From the NCBI GenBank assembly GCA_041309605.1, contig JBFYZH010000017.1:516-64515 (forward strand): a DNA stretch of 64,000 nucleotides, read 5' to 3'. The DNA is from Candidatus Krumholzibacteriota bacterium. Its GTDB lineage: Bacteria > Krumholzibacteriota > Krumholzibacteriia > Krumholzibacteriales > Krumholzibacteriaceae. Shown here one piece after another: positions 18,174 through 28,407 of the stretch (the stretch's first letter is position 1; each line of letters opens with the position of its first letter). The translations under genes were made by a program, and so were the position numbers. A model generated the notes under the pieces. That model ran no database searches. It was not told the origin of the DNA and was given only the letters and a program-made list of their open reading frames with translations.

Positions 18174-18904
18174 CACCTGCCGCCTCCTTCCCTCAGCTTC
18201 ACGCCGGCCGGCAGCCGGGCGTCCGGGGGTCTGATGTAAAGGGGTTCGAGCGCGGCGAGATCTTCGTACGGGACCGGTCTTCTGCCCCGGGCGAGCATTG
18301 CAAGCAGGGCCGCCGACGGCACCGACCAGGCAGCCCCGGCGAAACGGCATTTTCCCCCGAGTGACCTGTCGAGCATGTCCCTGTATCTTTCCATCCCAGA
18401 TCCGCATATGACGACGGCTCCGCCTGAGGAACCGTCTTCGAGGATCCGCCCCATATCCTCCGGCCTGACGTCCCGCGGACCGATCAATTCCACGGGCAAT
18501 CCGGATTTCATATCGTAGAGTCCCGCGTAGACTTCGCCGCGCCTCGCGTCGAGAAGCGGGAGCACCGGCGCCTCCAAAAAAGGAAACGCGGAGGCGAGGA
18601 CTTCAAGGCTGCCGGCCGTGACCACAGGACGCCTGTTGACGGCCGCGAAGGCCTTCACCGTCGCCAGCCCTATCCTGAGGCCGGTAAAACTGCCCGGCCC
18701 CGTAACGACGGCGAAAACGTCCATATCATCGAGCCTTTTGCCGGCTGTCCTTATGCACATGTCGACGGCGGGCATCAGGGTGGCGGAATGAGTGTCTGTC
18801 GCGTCGAACAGGATCTCGCAGAGAATCTCCTCCCCGCGGGTGACCGCGACGCTTCCCTTCATGTGGGACGTATCGAGCGCCAGCATGAGAGAATCGTCGT
18901 TCAT
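18173..18904 (-). CDS. tsaB: tRNA t6A biosynthesis protein TsaB (YeaZ)
   Basis: MLALDTSHMKGSVAVTRGEEILCE...VVTGPGSFTGLRIGLATVKAFA. Start chosen at MNDDSLMLALDTS. Confidence 0.75.
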   Translation of the reverse strand: MNDDSLMLALDTSHMKGSVAVTRGEEILCEILFDATDTHSATLMPAVDMCIRTAGKRLDDMDVFAVVTGPGSFTGLRIGLATVKAFAAVNRRPVVTAGSLEVLASAFPFLEAPVLPLLDARRGEVYAGLYDMKSGLPVELIGPRDVRPEDMGRILEDGSSGGAVVICGSGMERYRDMLDRSLGGKCRFAGAAWSVPSAALLAMLARGRRPVPYEDLAALEPLYIRPPDARLPAGVKLREGGGR

Positions 18905-19389
18905 CGCGCACCTCCGTGCAGCCTGCACAGAACATCTGCGGGACCGGCAATCGTTATTCTTCTTGCCGTTTCGCCGGCCATCGATATCAGTACGGTCAGG
19001 TCGAATGCGGTCGATCCTTCCGGAAGCCTGTCGCCCCATTCGGCTATGACTATATTCCTGCCGTCGATGGCGTCGAAGAAACCGATTTTTTCGACCTCCT
19101 CGAGCTCGTCGAGCCTGTAGAGGTCGAAGTGGAAAACGGGAACCTCACCCCCGTACTCCTCCACCAGGATGAACGTCGGGCTGAGGACCTCTGCCTCTAT
19201 ACCGAGTCCCTCGACGATCCCCTTCACCAGGAGGGTCTTTCCCGCCCCCAGTCCCCCTTCGAGGGACACCGTAGTCCCCGGAGCGATCGATTCTCCGAGC
19301 ATGACGCCGAGAGCGAAGGTCTCGCCTGGAGAAGCAGTGTCGACCACCATTGTCTCCCGTCGATCCGCCGGACGATCTGGCCGTTTCAA
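18901..19389 (-). CDS. tsaE: tRNA t6A biosynthesis ATPase TsaE (YjeE)
   Basis: LEGGLGAGKTLLVKGIVEGLG...VLSPTFILVEEY...FHFDLYRLD. Confidence 0.75.
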   Translation of the reverse strand: MKRPDRPADRRETMVVDTASPGETFALGVMLGESIAPGTTVSLEGGLGAGKTLLVKGIVEGLGIEAEVLSPTFILVEEYGGEVPVFHFDLYRLDELEEVEKIGFFDAIDGRNIVIAEWGDRLPEGSTAFDLTVLISMAGETARRITIAGPADVLCRLHGGAR

Positions 19390-19404
19390 TCCATGTCTCC
19401 GATC

Positions 19405-20958
19405 CTATTTCGGAACCAGCGTGATACACGGGATTATCATCTCTTCGAGAGATATCCCCCCGTGCTGGAACGTGCCCTGGTACTGCCTCTCATATTCATG
19501 GAAACGGGTCGGGTAGACGAAATAGTAGTTTTCCTTCGCCAGGATGTAGTTCTTAGACGGGCTCTCCGAGGGCAGCCTGAAATCTCCCGGTTTCTTTATC
19601 AGCAGGGTCTGTTTCTGGTCGCAGTTGATATTCTCCCCGAACTTGTATCGCAGGTTCGTGGAAGTTTCCCTGTTTCCGTGCACGAGGCTCGCCTTCTGCC
19701 CGAGTATCGATCCGTGATCGGTCGTGATGATGACATCCGCGTCATGCCTCGACATCTTCTTCAGTATCTCGAAGAGAGCGGAGTGCGAGAACCACGAACG
19801 CATGAGGGAGCGGAAAGCCCCTTCGTTGGGAGCAATTTCCTGGAGGATCTCGCTCTGGCTCCTTCCATGGGCCAGTATGTCGAGAAAATTGAATACCATC
19901 GCCACGAAATCTATGCCCCTGTAACTGTCCACCTGCTTGCGGATCTCGTTGGCTTCCTCCGTCTGGTATATCTTGATGTACTTTGCCGACAGGCGTTCGA
20001 ACCCCGAGTTTTTCAACTGGTCATGCAGCAGTTCCTGTTCGTACCTGTTCTTGCTGAACTCGTCGCGCGACTTCTCAAGCCAGTAAGCGGGATGACGCCG
20101 CTGGATATCCAGGGGGTAAAGCCCTGAAAACATCGCGTTCCTTGAGTAAGGAGTGGCGGTCGGCAATATCGAGAAATAGTCGTCCCGCCGTATATTGTAA
20201 TAAGGAACCAGCAAGTCCTCGATGGCAAGCCACTGATCGTACCGCATACAGTCTATTACTATAAAATAGATCTTCCTGCCCCTTTTCATGGAAGGAAATA
20301 CGAAATGCCTCATGACATCGGGGCTCATGACCGGCGGCCCGTCGGAATTGATCCATTCGACGTAATTTTTCTCGACGAAACCGCCGAACTCGAAATTGCA
20401 TTTCTTCCTGAGTTCGAGATGTATCTGGTCCATGCCGGTGGAGTTGAACTTGTCGAACTCGATATCCCACTGGCTGAGTTCCTGGTGGATTCTGGACCAT
20501 TCCTCCCAGCCGGGTCCGGAGCTCACCAGATCGTCGATACGCCGGAAAACCTGCAGGTAATCCTTGCTGACCGCCCCCGTCTGTATCTTGTGCGATTCGA
20601 GCAGGCGCTTGGCTGCCGAATATATCTGGAGCGGGTTGATGGGCTTGAGAAGATAATCGTCTATCTTCATCCCTATCGCCTGTTCCATCAGGCCTTCGGC
20701 TTCGTTCTTGGTTATCATTATCACCGGTATGTTGGCGGCTATCTCCTTGATCTCCTGAAGCGTCTCCAGGCCGCTCTTGCCGGGCATCGTCTCGTCGAGC
20801 AGCACGAGATCGAACTTTTCGGCGCCGAGAATCCTCACCGCTTCCTCGCTGCTCGAGACCCCGGTCACATTGTATCCCTTTCCCTTGAGGAACAGCTGGT
20901 GCGGGCGAAGCATGTCGATCTCGTCGTCGACCCACAATATTTTTTTACCCTTCACCAT
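19405..20958 (-). CDS. porX: PorX-type response regulator (receiver + PglZ/alkaline-phosphatase-like domain)
   Basis: 517 aa. REC domain KILWVDDEIDML...DLVLLDETMPGKSGLETLQEIK, followed by about 380 aa of PglZ-like domain. The length and architecture match the T9SS regulator PorX as I recall it. Confidence 0.7.
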   Translation of the reverse strand: MVKGKKILWVDDEIDMLRPHQLFLKGKGYNVTGVSSSEEAVRILGAEKFDLVLLDETMPGKSGLETLQEIKEIAANIPVIMITKNEAEGLMEQAIGMKIDDYLLKPINPLQIYSAAKRLLESHKIQTGAVSKDYLQVFRRIDDLVSSGPGWEEWSRIHQELSQWDIEFDKFNSTGMDQIHLELRKKCNFEFGGFVEKNYVEWINSDGPPVMSPDVMRHFVFPSMKRGRKIYFIVIDCMRYDQWLAIEDLLVPYYNIRRDDYFSILPTATPYSRNAMFSGLYPLDIQRRHPAYWLEKSRDEFSKNRYEQELLHDQLKNSGFERLSAKYIKIYQTEEANEIRKQVDSYRGIDFVAMVFNFLDILAHGRSQSEILQEIAPNEGAFRSLMRSWFSHSALFEILKKMSRHDADVIITTDHGSILGQKASLVHGNRETSTNLRYKFGENINCDQKQTLLIKKPGDFRLPSESPSKNYILAKENYYFVYPTRFHEYERQYQGTFQHGGISLEEMIIPCITLVPK

Positions 20959-22217
20959 TTCCGCGCCTCCCGCCGCTGCTTATCAACCGGGAAAGTCATC
21001 AGGAAAGTCGTGCCTTTCCCAGGTTGCGAACGGGCCACGCGGATCGATCCTCCGTGAATCTCCTCGACAATGCGTTTCACAAGGGCCAGCCCGAGTCCCC
21101 ATCCCCTCTCTTTGGTCGTCACGCCGGGTGAAAAGACCCGCCTTCTCAGGCTCGCGCTCATCCCCTTCCCGTTATCGTCGAACGTTATCTCCACCCGCCT
21201 CTCGCCGTTGTTCATCACGGCCCTGATATTTATTTTCCCGTCCCTGCCCGCGATCGCGTCCAGGGAATTCTTCATGAGGTTTTCGAATACCCAGCCCATG
21301 AGATCGCGGCTGCATCTGAGCAGCGGCAGTTCCTCGATTTCGACGTTAATGATCGAATCTATCTTGAGGGCGGGTCTTCTGCGCTCGAAATAGTCGACGG
21401 TCTCTTCGATTATCGGGGCGAGTTCCTGGTAATCGAGATCAGGCGCGGAACCGATCTTTCCGAATCTCGAAGATATCCTTCCGAGCCGTTCGACATCGGC
21501 CGACGCTTCGAGTATGGCGCTCGACATCCCGTCGCCGCAGCCTGATTTTTCCGCCTGTTCCCTGATTATTTCGATCCAGCCCATGATCGATGATAGCGGC
21601 GTGCCGAGCTGGTGGGCGGTCTCCTTTGCCATTCCTACCCAGATCGACCTCTGTTCGCCCATTTTCATCGTCCTGAATCCGAGAAATCCCAGAAGGAGGA
21701 AAATGACAAACACGGCGAGCTGTATGTACGGCGCGACGCTGAGGTCGCGCGTGAGCGTCGAGGTACCATAGTGGATCATCAGCGCGTATCCGCTTCCCTC
21801 GACCCTGACCGGGTCGTTCACTTCGTCGAATTCCAGGGCCAGCCTGTAAATGCTTTCCAGCAGCGGATCTTTGGGCCTGGCTGGATCGAAATCCAGGCAC
21901 CTGCCGTATTCGTCGCCCTCAATCATATCTATTCCGATCCCGTTCCAGATAACGGGACGCCCATCCAGGTCGGTCAATATGTACGGAATTGTGATCGCGC
22001 TTCGGATCTCCCTCAAGAAATCCTGCTTCGCCCGGTTCTCGGCCTCCTCGAGGCTGATGCCGACAAAACGCGAAAAAAGCTCCGTCGTGCTCTCCGACTG
22101 CGCCTTCATCCTCTTGATGAGCGTATTGTTATACAACAGCGCCCCCGAGACGAGGATGACGGTCCCGAAAACGAAGTACACCTTCAGCAGAAAAGGAAGA
22201 TTTCGCGGGATCTTCAT
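20952..22217 (-). CDS. porY: sensor histidine kinase, PorY-like (2 TM, HisKA, HATPase_c)
   Basis: H-box ETAHQLGTPLSSIMGWIEI. N-box NLMKNSLDAI, G1 DDNGKGM, G2 GWGLGLALVKRIVE. Overlaps porX by 7 nt. Confidence 0.6.
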   Translation of the reverse strand: MKIPRNLPFLLKVYFVFGTVILVSGALLYNNTLIKRMKAQSESTTELFSRFVGISLEEAENRAKQDFLREIRSAITIPYILTDLDGRPVIWNGIGIDMIEGDEYGRCLDFDPARPKDPLLESIYRLALEFDEVNDPVRVEGSGYALMIHYGTSTLTRDLSVAPYIQLAVFVIFLLLGFLGFRTMKMGEQRSIWVGMAKETAHQLGTPLSSIMGWIEIIREQAEKSGCGDGMSSAILEASADVERLGRISSRFGKIGSAPDLDYQELAPIIEETVDYFERRRPALKIDSIINVEIEELPLLRCSRDLMGWVFENLMKNSLDAIAGRDGKINIRAVMNNGERRVEITFDDNGKGMSASLRRRVFSPGVTTKERGWGLGLALVKRIVEEIHGGSIRVARSQPGKGTTFLMTFPVDKQRREARKW

Positions 22218-22224
22218 TTGTAAA

Positions 22225-23496
22225 TCATGCCTCTAGATACTCCCTGCCGCCCATGTAGGGGACCAGGGCTTCCGGTATGCGGACCTTACCCGTCGGAGTC
22301 TGGTTAAGTTCGAGGATGGTCGCGATGACCCTGGGAAGAGCAAGGCCCGATCCGTTGAGCGTGTGAACGAACTCGGGTTTTCCCCCCTTGTCCCTCCTGA
22401 ACCTGATCCTCGCCCTTCTCGCCTGGAAATCCTCGAAATTGCTGCAGGAGGATACTTCGAGCCATTTTTCCACGCCTGGAGACCAGGTCTCGATGTCATA
22501 GCACTTGGCGGCGGAAAAGCTCAAGTCCCCCGCACAGAGTTCAATGACCCGGTGCGGTATTTCGAGGACCCGCAGCACTTCGCAGGCGTCGTTCAGAAGA
22601 ATCTCCAGCTCATCGTAGGAATCTTCGGGTCTCGTGAGCCTCACCATCTCGACCTTGTCGAACTGGTGCACCCTGATAAGACCCCTCGTATCCTGGCCGT
22701 AACTTCCCGCCTCCCTTCTGAAACACGGGCTGTACGCGGTGCATTTTCTGGGCAGGGTCGTCCCTTCAATGACAGTGTCCCTGAAGACGTTCGTGACGGG
22801 CACTTCCGCGGTGGGGACAAGGAAGAGGTCGTCCTTCGGACAGTGGTACATGTCATCCTCCATTTTGGGAAGCTGCCCGGTGCCTGTCATCGCATCACGG
22901 TTTACAAGGTAGGGGACGGCCAGTTCCTCGTACCCCTGCCTTACATGCATGTCCAGGAAGAGATTGACAAGGGCTCGTGAAAGAAGGGCCCCGTCGCCGC
23001 GAAGGACCACGAATCCGCGTCCTGCCAGCGCCGCTCCCGCAGCCATATCGAGTATCCCGAGCTTTTCTCCCATCTCCCAGTGGAAAACCGGCTTTTGGAC
23101 GGGCGTTCGGATTTCTCCCCATGTGGAGACCACCGGATTGTCCTGCGCCCCCTTCCCGGCGGGAACGGACGCGTGCGGAATGTTCGGTATCGACAATTCG
23201 GCGGCTTCGAGTTTTTCGGTGACGACCTTCAATTCCCCGTCTATGTCCTTTATCCTGTCGGAAGTCCTCCTCATCCTTTCGAGGATAATCGAAGCATCCT
23301 CATTCTCCTTTTTCAGGCGGGAAACCTCGTGTGACGCCTCGTTCTTTTCCGCCTTGAGTTTTTCCGTTTCCTGGATGAGACTCCTCATGGCCGCATCCAT
23401 TCCGAGAAAAGCATCCAGATCGAAATCCACGCCCTTGCTCGAAATCCCGCGCCTGACCTTATCAGCGTCTTTCCTGATTAATTTTCTGTCCAGCAT
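22225..23496 (-). CDS. serS: seryl-tRNA synthetase
   Basis: N-terminal coiled-coil arm, class II motifs and a C-terminal GSGLALPRVIATILE. Confidence 0.9.
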   Translation of the reverse strand: MLDRKLIRKDADKVRRGISSKGVDFDLDAFLGMDAAMRSLIQETEKLKAEKNEASHEVSRLKKENEDASIILERMRRTSDRIKDIDGELKVVTEKLEAAELSIPNIPHASVPAGKGAQDNPVVSTWGEIRTPVQKPVFHWEMGEKLGILDMAAGAALAGRGFVVLRGDGALLSRALVNLFLDMHVRQGYEELAVPYLVNRDAMTGTGQLPKMEDDMYHCPKDDLFLVPTAEVPVTNVFRDTVIEGTTLPRKCTAYSPCFRREAGSYGQDTRGLIRVHQFDKVEMVRLTRPEDSYDELEILLNDACEVLRVLEIPHRVIELCAGDLSFSAAKCYDIETWSPGVEKWLEVSSCSNFEDFQARRARIRFRRDKGGKPEFVHTLNGSGLALPRVIATILELNQTPTGKVRIPEALVPYMGGREYLEA

Positions 23497-23523
23497 ATGC
23501 CACTTCCAGGCTGAATGTCACTT

Positions 23524-24555
23524 TCAGCAGTTCCTGATCAGATGGGCGGCCCCGGACTCCAGCAGATACCGGGCCAGCTTCCTGCTGGTCTCGCGCTCTT
23601 CCCCCGTCCATCCGCGCATCAGGCCTGAAATTTTTTCCGAACCGTCCGGCGCGGCTATCACCGCGCTTATCTGAAATTCATCGTCATCCGCGTTGCACAG
23701 CACGCATACGGGACCCCTGCCGTCCTTCGACAATTCACCGAGAAACATCCGTTCCAGGGATATCTCCAGAAATGAGGGCGTATGATTGATACTGCCCGCT
23801 ATCTGTTTCGTTTTCCTGTCGGTTCTGCGCGTTACCAGCCCCACTGCACCCTGTCCGGCGGCGGGCATGCAGATCGACGAAGTAAATACTTCCACGACCC
23901 TGTCCTGGTGGTTCAGCGCTTCCGCCTCGGACGCGTCCGTTACGAAACCGCCGATCTGTCGCCGGTCCATCATCGAGATTAACGACTCGAAATCCCCCTC
24001 AATGTCCACCAGAAGAAGGTCCGGCCTGTAATAGAGCAGCTGCCCCCTGCTGGCGGGATCGGAGACGGCGATGGGGACGTCATCGCGTTGTTCGTCGAGG
24101 ATCAGATCATCGGAGGACACCAGGACCTTGAAAGGATTGCCCCTTTCCGGTATGGAAGCGATCTCGAGTTCGGGCTGCAGGTTCAGGGGAATGAGGTTCG
24201 CGTCGACGATGACAATGTCGATCTTTTCCCTGACGACAAGCGCGAGGAGCCCCGCGATATCCTTGCCCTTGAAGGATTTTCCTTCTTCCGTCCGCCTGAA
24301 ATCCACGAAGGTCCTTTCGGGATTCGCTTCGGCAAGCATATCGACGACCGCGCCGGCCCTGACGACGGAGGCCGCATCGTTTTTACATCCGGTCGTTATG
24401 ATTCTCGCGCCAGTCAAACACGGGCTCCCTGTCGTCAGACGTTTTAATTCCTGATCACCGGTAAAAATTATCACAGGAAACGAAAAAAGGCAACGCCAAA
24501 CGCAGGTTGCGGGGCTTGACGCGCGGACGCCGGGCGGGGCCATGCAGAGCTTCAT
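23524..24555 (-). CDS. hemC: hydroxymethylbilane synthase (porphobilinogen deaminase); true start probably internal
   Basis: SSICMPAAGQGAVGLV contains the cofactor Cys motif, and KIDIVIVDANLIPLNLQPELEIASIPERGNPFKVLVS matches the HemC domain 1 pattern. The first 40-50 codons of the ORF lack HemC similarity. Confidence 0.7.
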   Translation of the reverse strand: MKLCMAPPGVRASSPATCVWRCLFSFPVIIFTGDQELKRLTTGSPCLTGARIITTGCKNDAASVVRAGAVVDMLAEANPERTFVDFRRTEEGKSFKGKDIAGLLALVVREKIDIVIVDANLIPLNLQPELEIASIPERGNPFKVLVSSDDLILDEQRDDVPIAVSDPASRGQLLYYRPDLLLVDIEGDFESLISMMDRRQIGGFVTDASEAEALNHQDRVVEVFTSSICMPAAGQGAVGLVTRRTDRKTKQIAGSINHTPSFLEISLERMFLGELSKDGRGPVCVLCNADDDEFQISAVIAAPDGSEKISGLMRGWTGEERETSRKLARYLLESGAAHLIRNC

Positions 24556-24596
24556 CGGACGGCGCCCTGCGCCCTACTTCGACGGATCGCCGGGCG

Positions 24597-25733
24597 TCAA
24601 TCCTTTCTTGGAACGATCGCCGGCGACGAGACCTGGCAGTTTTCGAGCAGATCCTCTATCTTCTCGAGGGGAATGTCGAAATTGACCATCTCCCTGAGCG
24701 AAAAACCGAAAAAGGAAATTTCGAGCAACATGGCGACGATCAGGGCGTACAGCGATGACATCATCGTTAAAACTCCCAGCGCGGCAAAAACCGCCGACAG
24801 GCTCCAGAGAAACAGATCCACTTTCCTCATCGACCTCAGCCTGTAAAGCAGAATATGGTGCAAATGCATGTGATCCGCCTCGAAGGGCGGCCGGCCGGTC
24901 AGAACCCTTCTCATAAAGGCCAGGATGGTATCCATGAGCGGAACGCTCAGGACGATCACGCACCCGCATATCCTGTAAAATATCTCCTGCCCCGGGATTA
25001 AAAACAGCAGGGAAATAAGCCCGAATATCAGCCCGAGAAAGAGGCTTCCGGAATCGCCCATGAATATCTTCGCCGGTGGGAAGTTGTAACGCAGAAAGGC
25101 CAGCACGGCCCCCATGAGTACGACCGAAAGGACGACGACGATCTCGAGTCCGAAAATATAACCGGCGATCACGAACGCCGACGCCGATATCAACGCTATC
25201 CCGGAAGCGAGCCCGTCCAAACCGTCAATGAGATTGAACGATGTAGTCATGATCAACATCCACAGGGTCGCCAGCCCGAACGCGATAAAAGAAGTCGGAA
25301 GGGACATGTGCGTGAGCCCGAAGTGTTCGAGAAGACCCACTCCTCCCGCCGATACGAAGACCGAGACGGCGATCTGGAAGAAAAGTTTATAAATATAATG
25401 AAGGCTCCTAAGGTCGTCGATTATGCCCAGAAGAAAAGTGAGAAATCCGCTGGCGATAAGTATCGGAAGGAATACCCGGGTGAGAAGGTTTTGCGGAAGA
25501 ATGAACAGAAAGGCGGGGATAAGAGCGAAGACGATGGAACCGATTATCGCCACTCCTCCGATATGGGCGATTTCCCTGCAGGTCCTGCCATTCGGCTTTT
25601 CGCATATTTTCCACCGCACCGCCATGCCTATCGCCAGGGGCGTAAAGAACAGCCCAAGCGCGAAAGATATCATAAATGGCACTATCATTCCCGCACTCGT
25701 CATTGTATTCCCCCTTCTCTTCCGTCCCTGCAA
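24597..25733 (-). CDS. undecaprenyl-phosphate N-acetylhexosamine-1-phosphate transferase (WecA/MraY family, GT4)
   Basis: About 10 TM helices. NLIDGLDGL motif and IFMGDSGSLFLG. Alternative starts lie at the internal Mets at 25703 and 25688. Confidence 0.7.
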   Translation of the reverse strand: MQGRKRRGNTMTSAGMIVPFMISFALGLFFTPLAIGMAVRWKICEKPNGRTCREIAHIGGVAIIGSIVFALIPAFLFILPQNLLTRVFLPILIASGFLTFLLGIIDDLRSLHYIYKLFFQIAVSVFVSAGGVGLLEHFGLTHMSLPTSFIAFGLATLWMLIMTTSFNLIDGLDGLASGIALISASAFVIAGYIFGLEIVVVLSVVLMGAVLAFLRYNFPPAKIFMGDSGSLFLGLIFGLISLLFLIPGQEIFYRICGCVIVLSVPLMDTILAFMRRVLTGRPPFEADHMHLHHILLYRLRSMRKVDLFLWSLSAVFAALGVLTMMSSLYALIVAMLLEISFFGFSLREMVNFDIPLEKIEDLLENCQVSSPAIVPRKD

Positions 25734-25817
25734 GAAGAATCGTTTATTGCCACGGGGATGTCAAGACGTAAGAGTCGTTCCCCGCCGATCATTCTTTTGA
25801 GGTCAGGAAAATAACCG

Positions 25818-27311
25818 TCATCTTTTTTTCAACAGGGGACGGGCGATTTCGAGCAGCTCGCGAATCGTTATCGCGCGCCAGAGCAGCAGCAGTCCGGCGA
25901 AGAACAACGACAGCGCAGCCGAGTGTACGAGGGCCTGAATCAGGGAGCCGGCGCCTGGAGCGATCCACCTGTAGAGGAACACCGTCAACGCGGCTGAAAG
26001 CATCGACTTTGCGACCTTCATCCAATCCTGGCGCCTCCAGAATCCGGGGATTGCGCGGTACAACGACCTCAGGCCGAAAACTTCGACGGGCAGATACGAG
26101 ATGAAAGTGGATATCACTGCTCCGTTTGCGCCCCAGGGGGGGATCATCAGCATGTTGAGAATGAAATTCAGCACCGCTCCGGCCACTGTCAGCTTGGCGT
26201 AGGTACCCGCCTTATCCGCCGCGATCAGGCCGGGCAGAACGACCGATCCGATGCTTCTGAGAACTATGATCGGAAGAAAAAGCAGCAGTATCGGCGTCGA
26301 CGCGTCGAATTCCGCCGTGAAAAGGCCCGTGATAATGGGCGACGCAAGACAGGCCAGCACGACCACCACACAGAGCGAATAGTACAGGGAGCCGACGATG
26401 GAACGATTGACCAGGCCTGCGCATCTTTTCAGATCTCCGGCCGACCACGCCCCGGCAAGGGCCGGCCTGAGCGTCATTACAAGAGCGAAGGTCGGGAAAA
26501 GACTCGTCTCCTGGAGATTCCGCGCCGTGGAATAAAGGCCCACCTGCGCCGCGCCGTCATAGTACCCCAGCATGAGCTTATCGATGAGGGAATAGATCGT
26601 AACCGATGCGCCGCTGATCGCGAGCGGGGCGCTGAGGCGGAAAAGGCGTTTTCTGATCAGGGGCGTTTCGCCGCGGTCTCCGGCGGGAAGATCCATCCTC
26701 CACAGCATCCAGAAGACCATCAGCGCGGTGGCCAGCGTCGCGACTATGTAGGCGCCGAGAACCCCTGAGGCTCCCAGGGCTAACTTGATCGCGGCCACGG
26801 TCAGGCCGACCCTGATGACGAGCATCAACGATCTGACCGTGAAGAGAAGCCCGAACCGGTTCAGCCCGAGAACCAGAAGCGCGGCCAGTTCATTCAGGCT
26901 GACGGAAAAAATCATGATTCCGCTTATGCGGAACAGCGGCGTGAGCGCTTGCTCCTTGAAGAAAGCGGCGAGCCATGGCGCCGTGGCCGATAAGGCGACA
27001 CCGACCGGCACCGTAAAAACAAGCCTCAACAGAATGGAGCTGCTTATCAGTTGTTTTATCCGCCCGGGCGAAGAAACCTGGTACTCCGATATGAGCCTGG
27101 AAGCCGCCCCGTCGATACCGAATTTGGCCGGGATAAGAAAGATCGTGGCAAGCGCCATCGCCAAGTTGATCAGTCCCGCGACCGTGAGCCCCATCCACCT
27201 GGCAACGATCAGGGATACGACAAAAGCGCTGACGAGCGGCAGAGCCGTCGAACCGAATGTCCAAAGATACCCGGAAGCCAGCGAGCCTCTTCCTGTGACC
27301 CTGTTTTCCAT
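25818..27311 (-). CDS. polysaccharide/O-unit flippase (Wzx-type, MOP superfamily)
   Basis: About 500 aa and entirely hydrophobic, with 12-14 predicted TM helices. Sits between wecB and wecA-like genes. Start chosen at MENRVTGRG to avoid overlapping wecB. Confidence 0.6.
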   Translation of the reverse strand: MENRVTGRGSLASGYLWTFGSTALPLVSAFVVSLIVARWMGLTVAGLINLAMALATIFLIPAKFGIDGAASRLISEYQVSSPGRIKQLISSSILLRLVFTVPVGVALSATAPWLAAFFKEQALTPLFRISGIMIFSVSLNELAALLVLGLNRFGLLFTVRSLMLVIRVGLTVAAIKLALGASGVLGAYIVATLATALMVFWMLWRMDLPAGDRGETPLIRKRLFRLSAPLAISGASVTIYSLIDKLMLGYYDGAAQVGLYSTARNLQETSLFPTFALVMTLRPALAGAWSAGDLKRCAGLVNRSIVGSLYYSLCVVVVLACLASPIITGLFTAEFDASTPILLLFLPIIVLRSIGSVVLPGLIAADKAGTYAKLTVAGAVLNFILNMLMIPPWGANGAVISTFISYLPVEVFGLRSLYRAIPGFWRRQDWMKVAKSMLSAALTVFLYRWIAPGAGSLIQALVHSAALSLFFAGLLLLWRAITIRELLEIARPLLKKR

Positions 27312-27315
27312 TGAA

Positions 27316-28407
27316 TCACCGGGGAAATTTCTTTTCGAGTACATCGGCGATCCGTTCCGCGGTCCTGCCATCCCAGAGAGAAGGGATACAGTGCTCGCCC
27401 GGACCTTTCTCGAGGATCCTGACGGCTTCGTATCTCACTTTTTCCGGATCGGTCCCGGCGAGAACATTGGTTCCCTTTTCGATCGTGATGGGCCTTTCCG
27501 TGTTGTCGCGCACTGTTATGCATGGAACGCCGAGGACCGTGGTTTCTTCCTGTATCCCTCCGGAATCGGTTATAACCATTTTTGCGGATTTCATCATCCT
27601 GAGGAAATCGAGGTACCCGACCGGTTCGATCATCCTGAAAGCGCCGGAGGATCTGAACGGCGGCCGGGCCGAATCGATCATCTTCCTTGTTCTGGGATGA
27701 ACGGGAAAGACGACCGGATGATATTCCGAGAGGCCCTCGAGCATTTCGAAGAGGGACCTGAGTTCCTCGGGGTCGTCCACGTTCGACGGCCTGTGAAGAG
27801 TCACGAGTATGTAATCTCCCTCATCCAGACCCAGGTCGGCGAGGATTGTCGATCTTTCCGCTTTTTCCAGATAATGGAGAAGGGAATCGATCATGATGTT
27901 TCCGACGAAGAATATCCTCCCGTCTTCCACTCCCTCGCGCTTCAGATTAACCTCAGCCTCCGGTGATGTCGTGAAACAATAATCGGACAAAATATCCGTC
28001 ACCATCCTGTTGACCTCTTCGGGCATGTCCATGTCGAAGCTTCTCAGCCCCGCCTCCACGTGTGCCACCGGAATACGGAGCTTCGCGCCCACCAGCGAAC
28101 AGGCCAGCGTGGAATTCACATCGCCCACTACGATGATGATGTCCGGTCGCTGCTCCTCGACGATTATCTCGAAGGCGACCATCACCTTCGCCGTCTGTTC
28201 TGCGTGGCTGCCCGATCCCACTCCGAGATAGATGTCCGGTTCGGGAAGTTCGAGATCTTCGAAGAAGATCTTCGACATGTTCTCGTCATAGTGCTGCCCG
28301 GTGTGAACGAGGAGAATCTCCACGTTGCCCCTCCTCCTGAACTCCCGGACAAGCGGGGCCGCTTTCATAAAATTCGGCCTGGCGCCGACTACGAGAACAA
28401 CCTTCAT
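27316..28407 (-). CDS. wecB: UDP-N-acetylglucosamine 2-epimerase (non-hydrolysing)
   Basis: MKVVLVVGARPNFMKAAPLVREF...HTGQHYDENMS...DSGGIQEE. Confidence 0.8.
   Translation of the reverse strand: MKVVLVVGARPNFMKAAPLVREFRRRGNVEILLVHTGQHYDENMSKIFFEDLELPEPDIYLGVGSGSHAEQTAKVMVAFEIIVEEQRPDIIIVVGDVNSTLACSLVGAKLRIPVAHVEAGLRSFDMDMPEEVNRMVTDILSDYCFTTSPEAEVNLKREGVEDGRIFFVGNIMIDSLLHYLEKAERSTILADLGLDEGDYILVTLHRPSNVDDPEELRSLFEMLEGLSEYHPVVFPVHPRTRKMIDSARPPFRSSGAFRMIEPVGYLDFLRMMKSAKMVITDSGGIQEETTVLGVPCITVRDNTERPITIEKGTNVLAGTDPEKVRYEAVRILEKGPGEHCIPSLWDGRTAERIADVLEKKFPR

Noticed and set aside
23524-24555. The first 45 codons of the hemC ORF as a novel N-terminal extension
   Set aside because: Hydrophobic and Cys-rich read-through with no similarity to HemC. 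It is more likely an untranslated leader with an internal GTG/TTG start.
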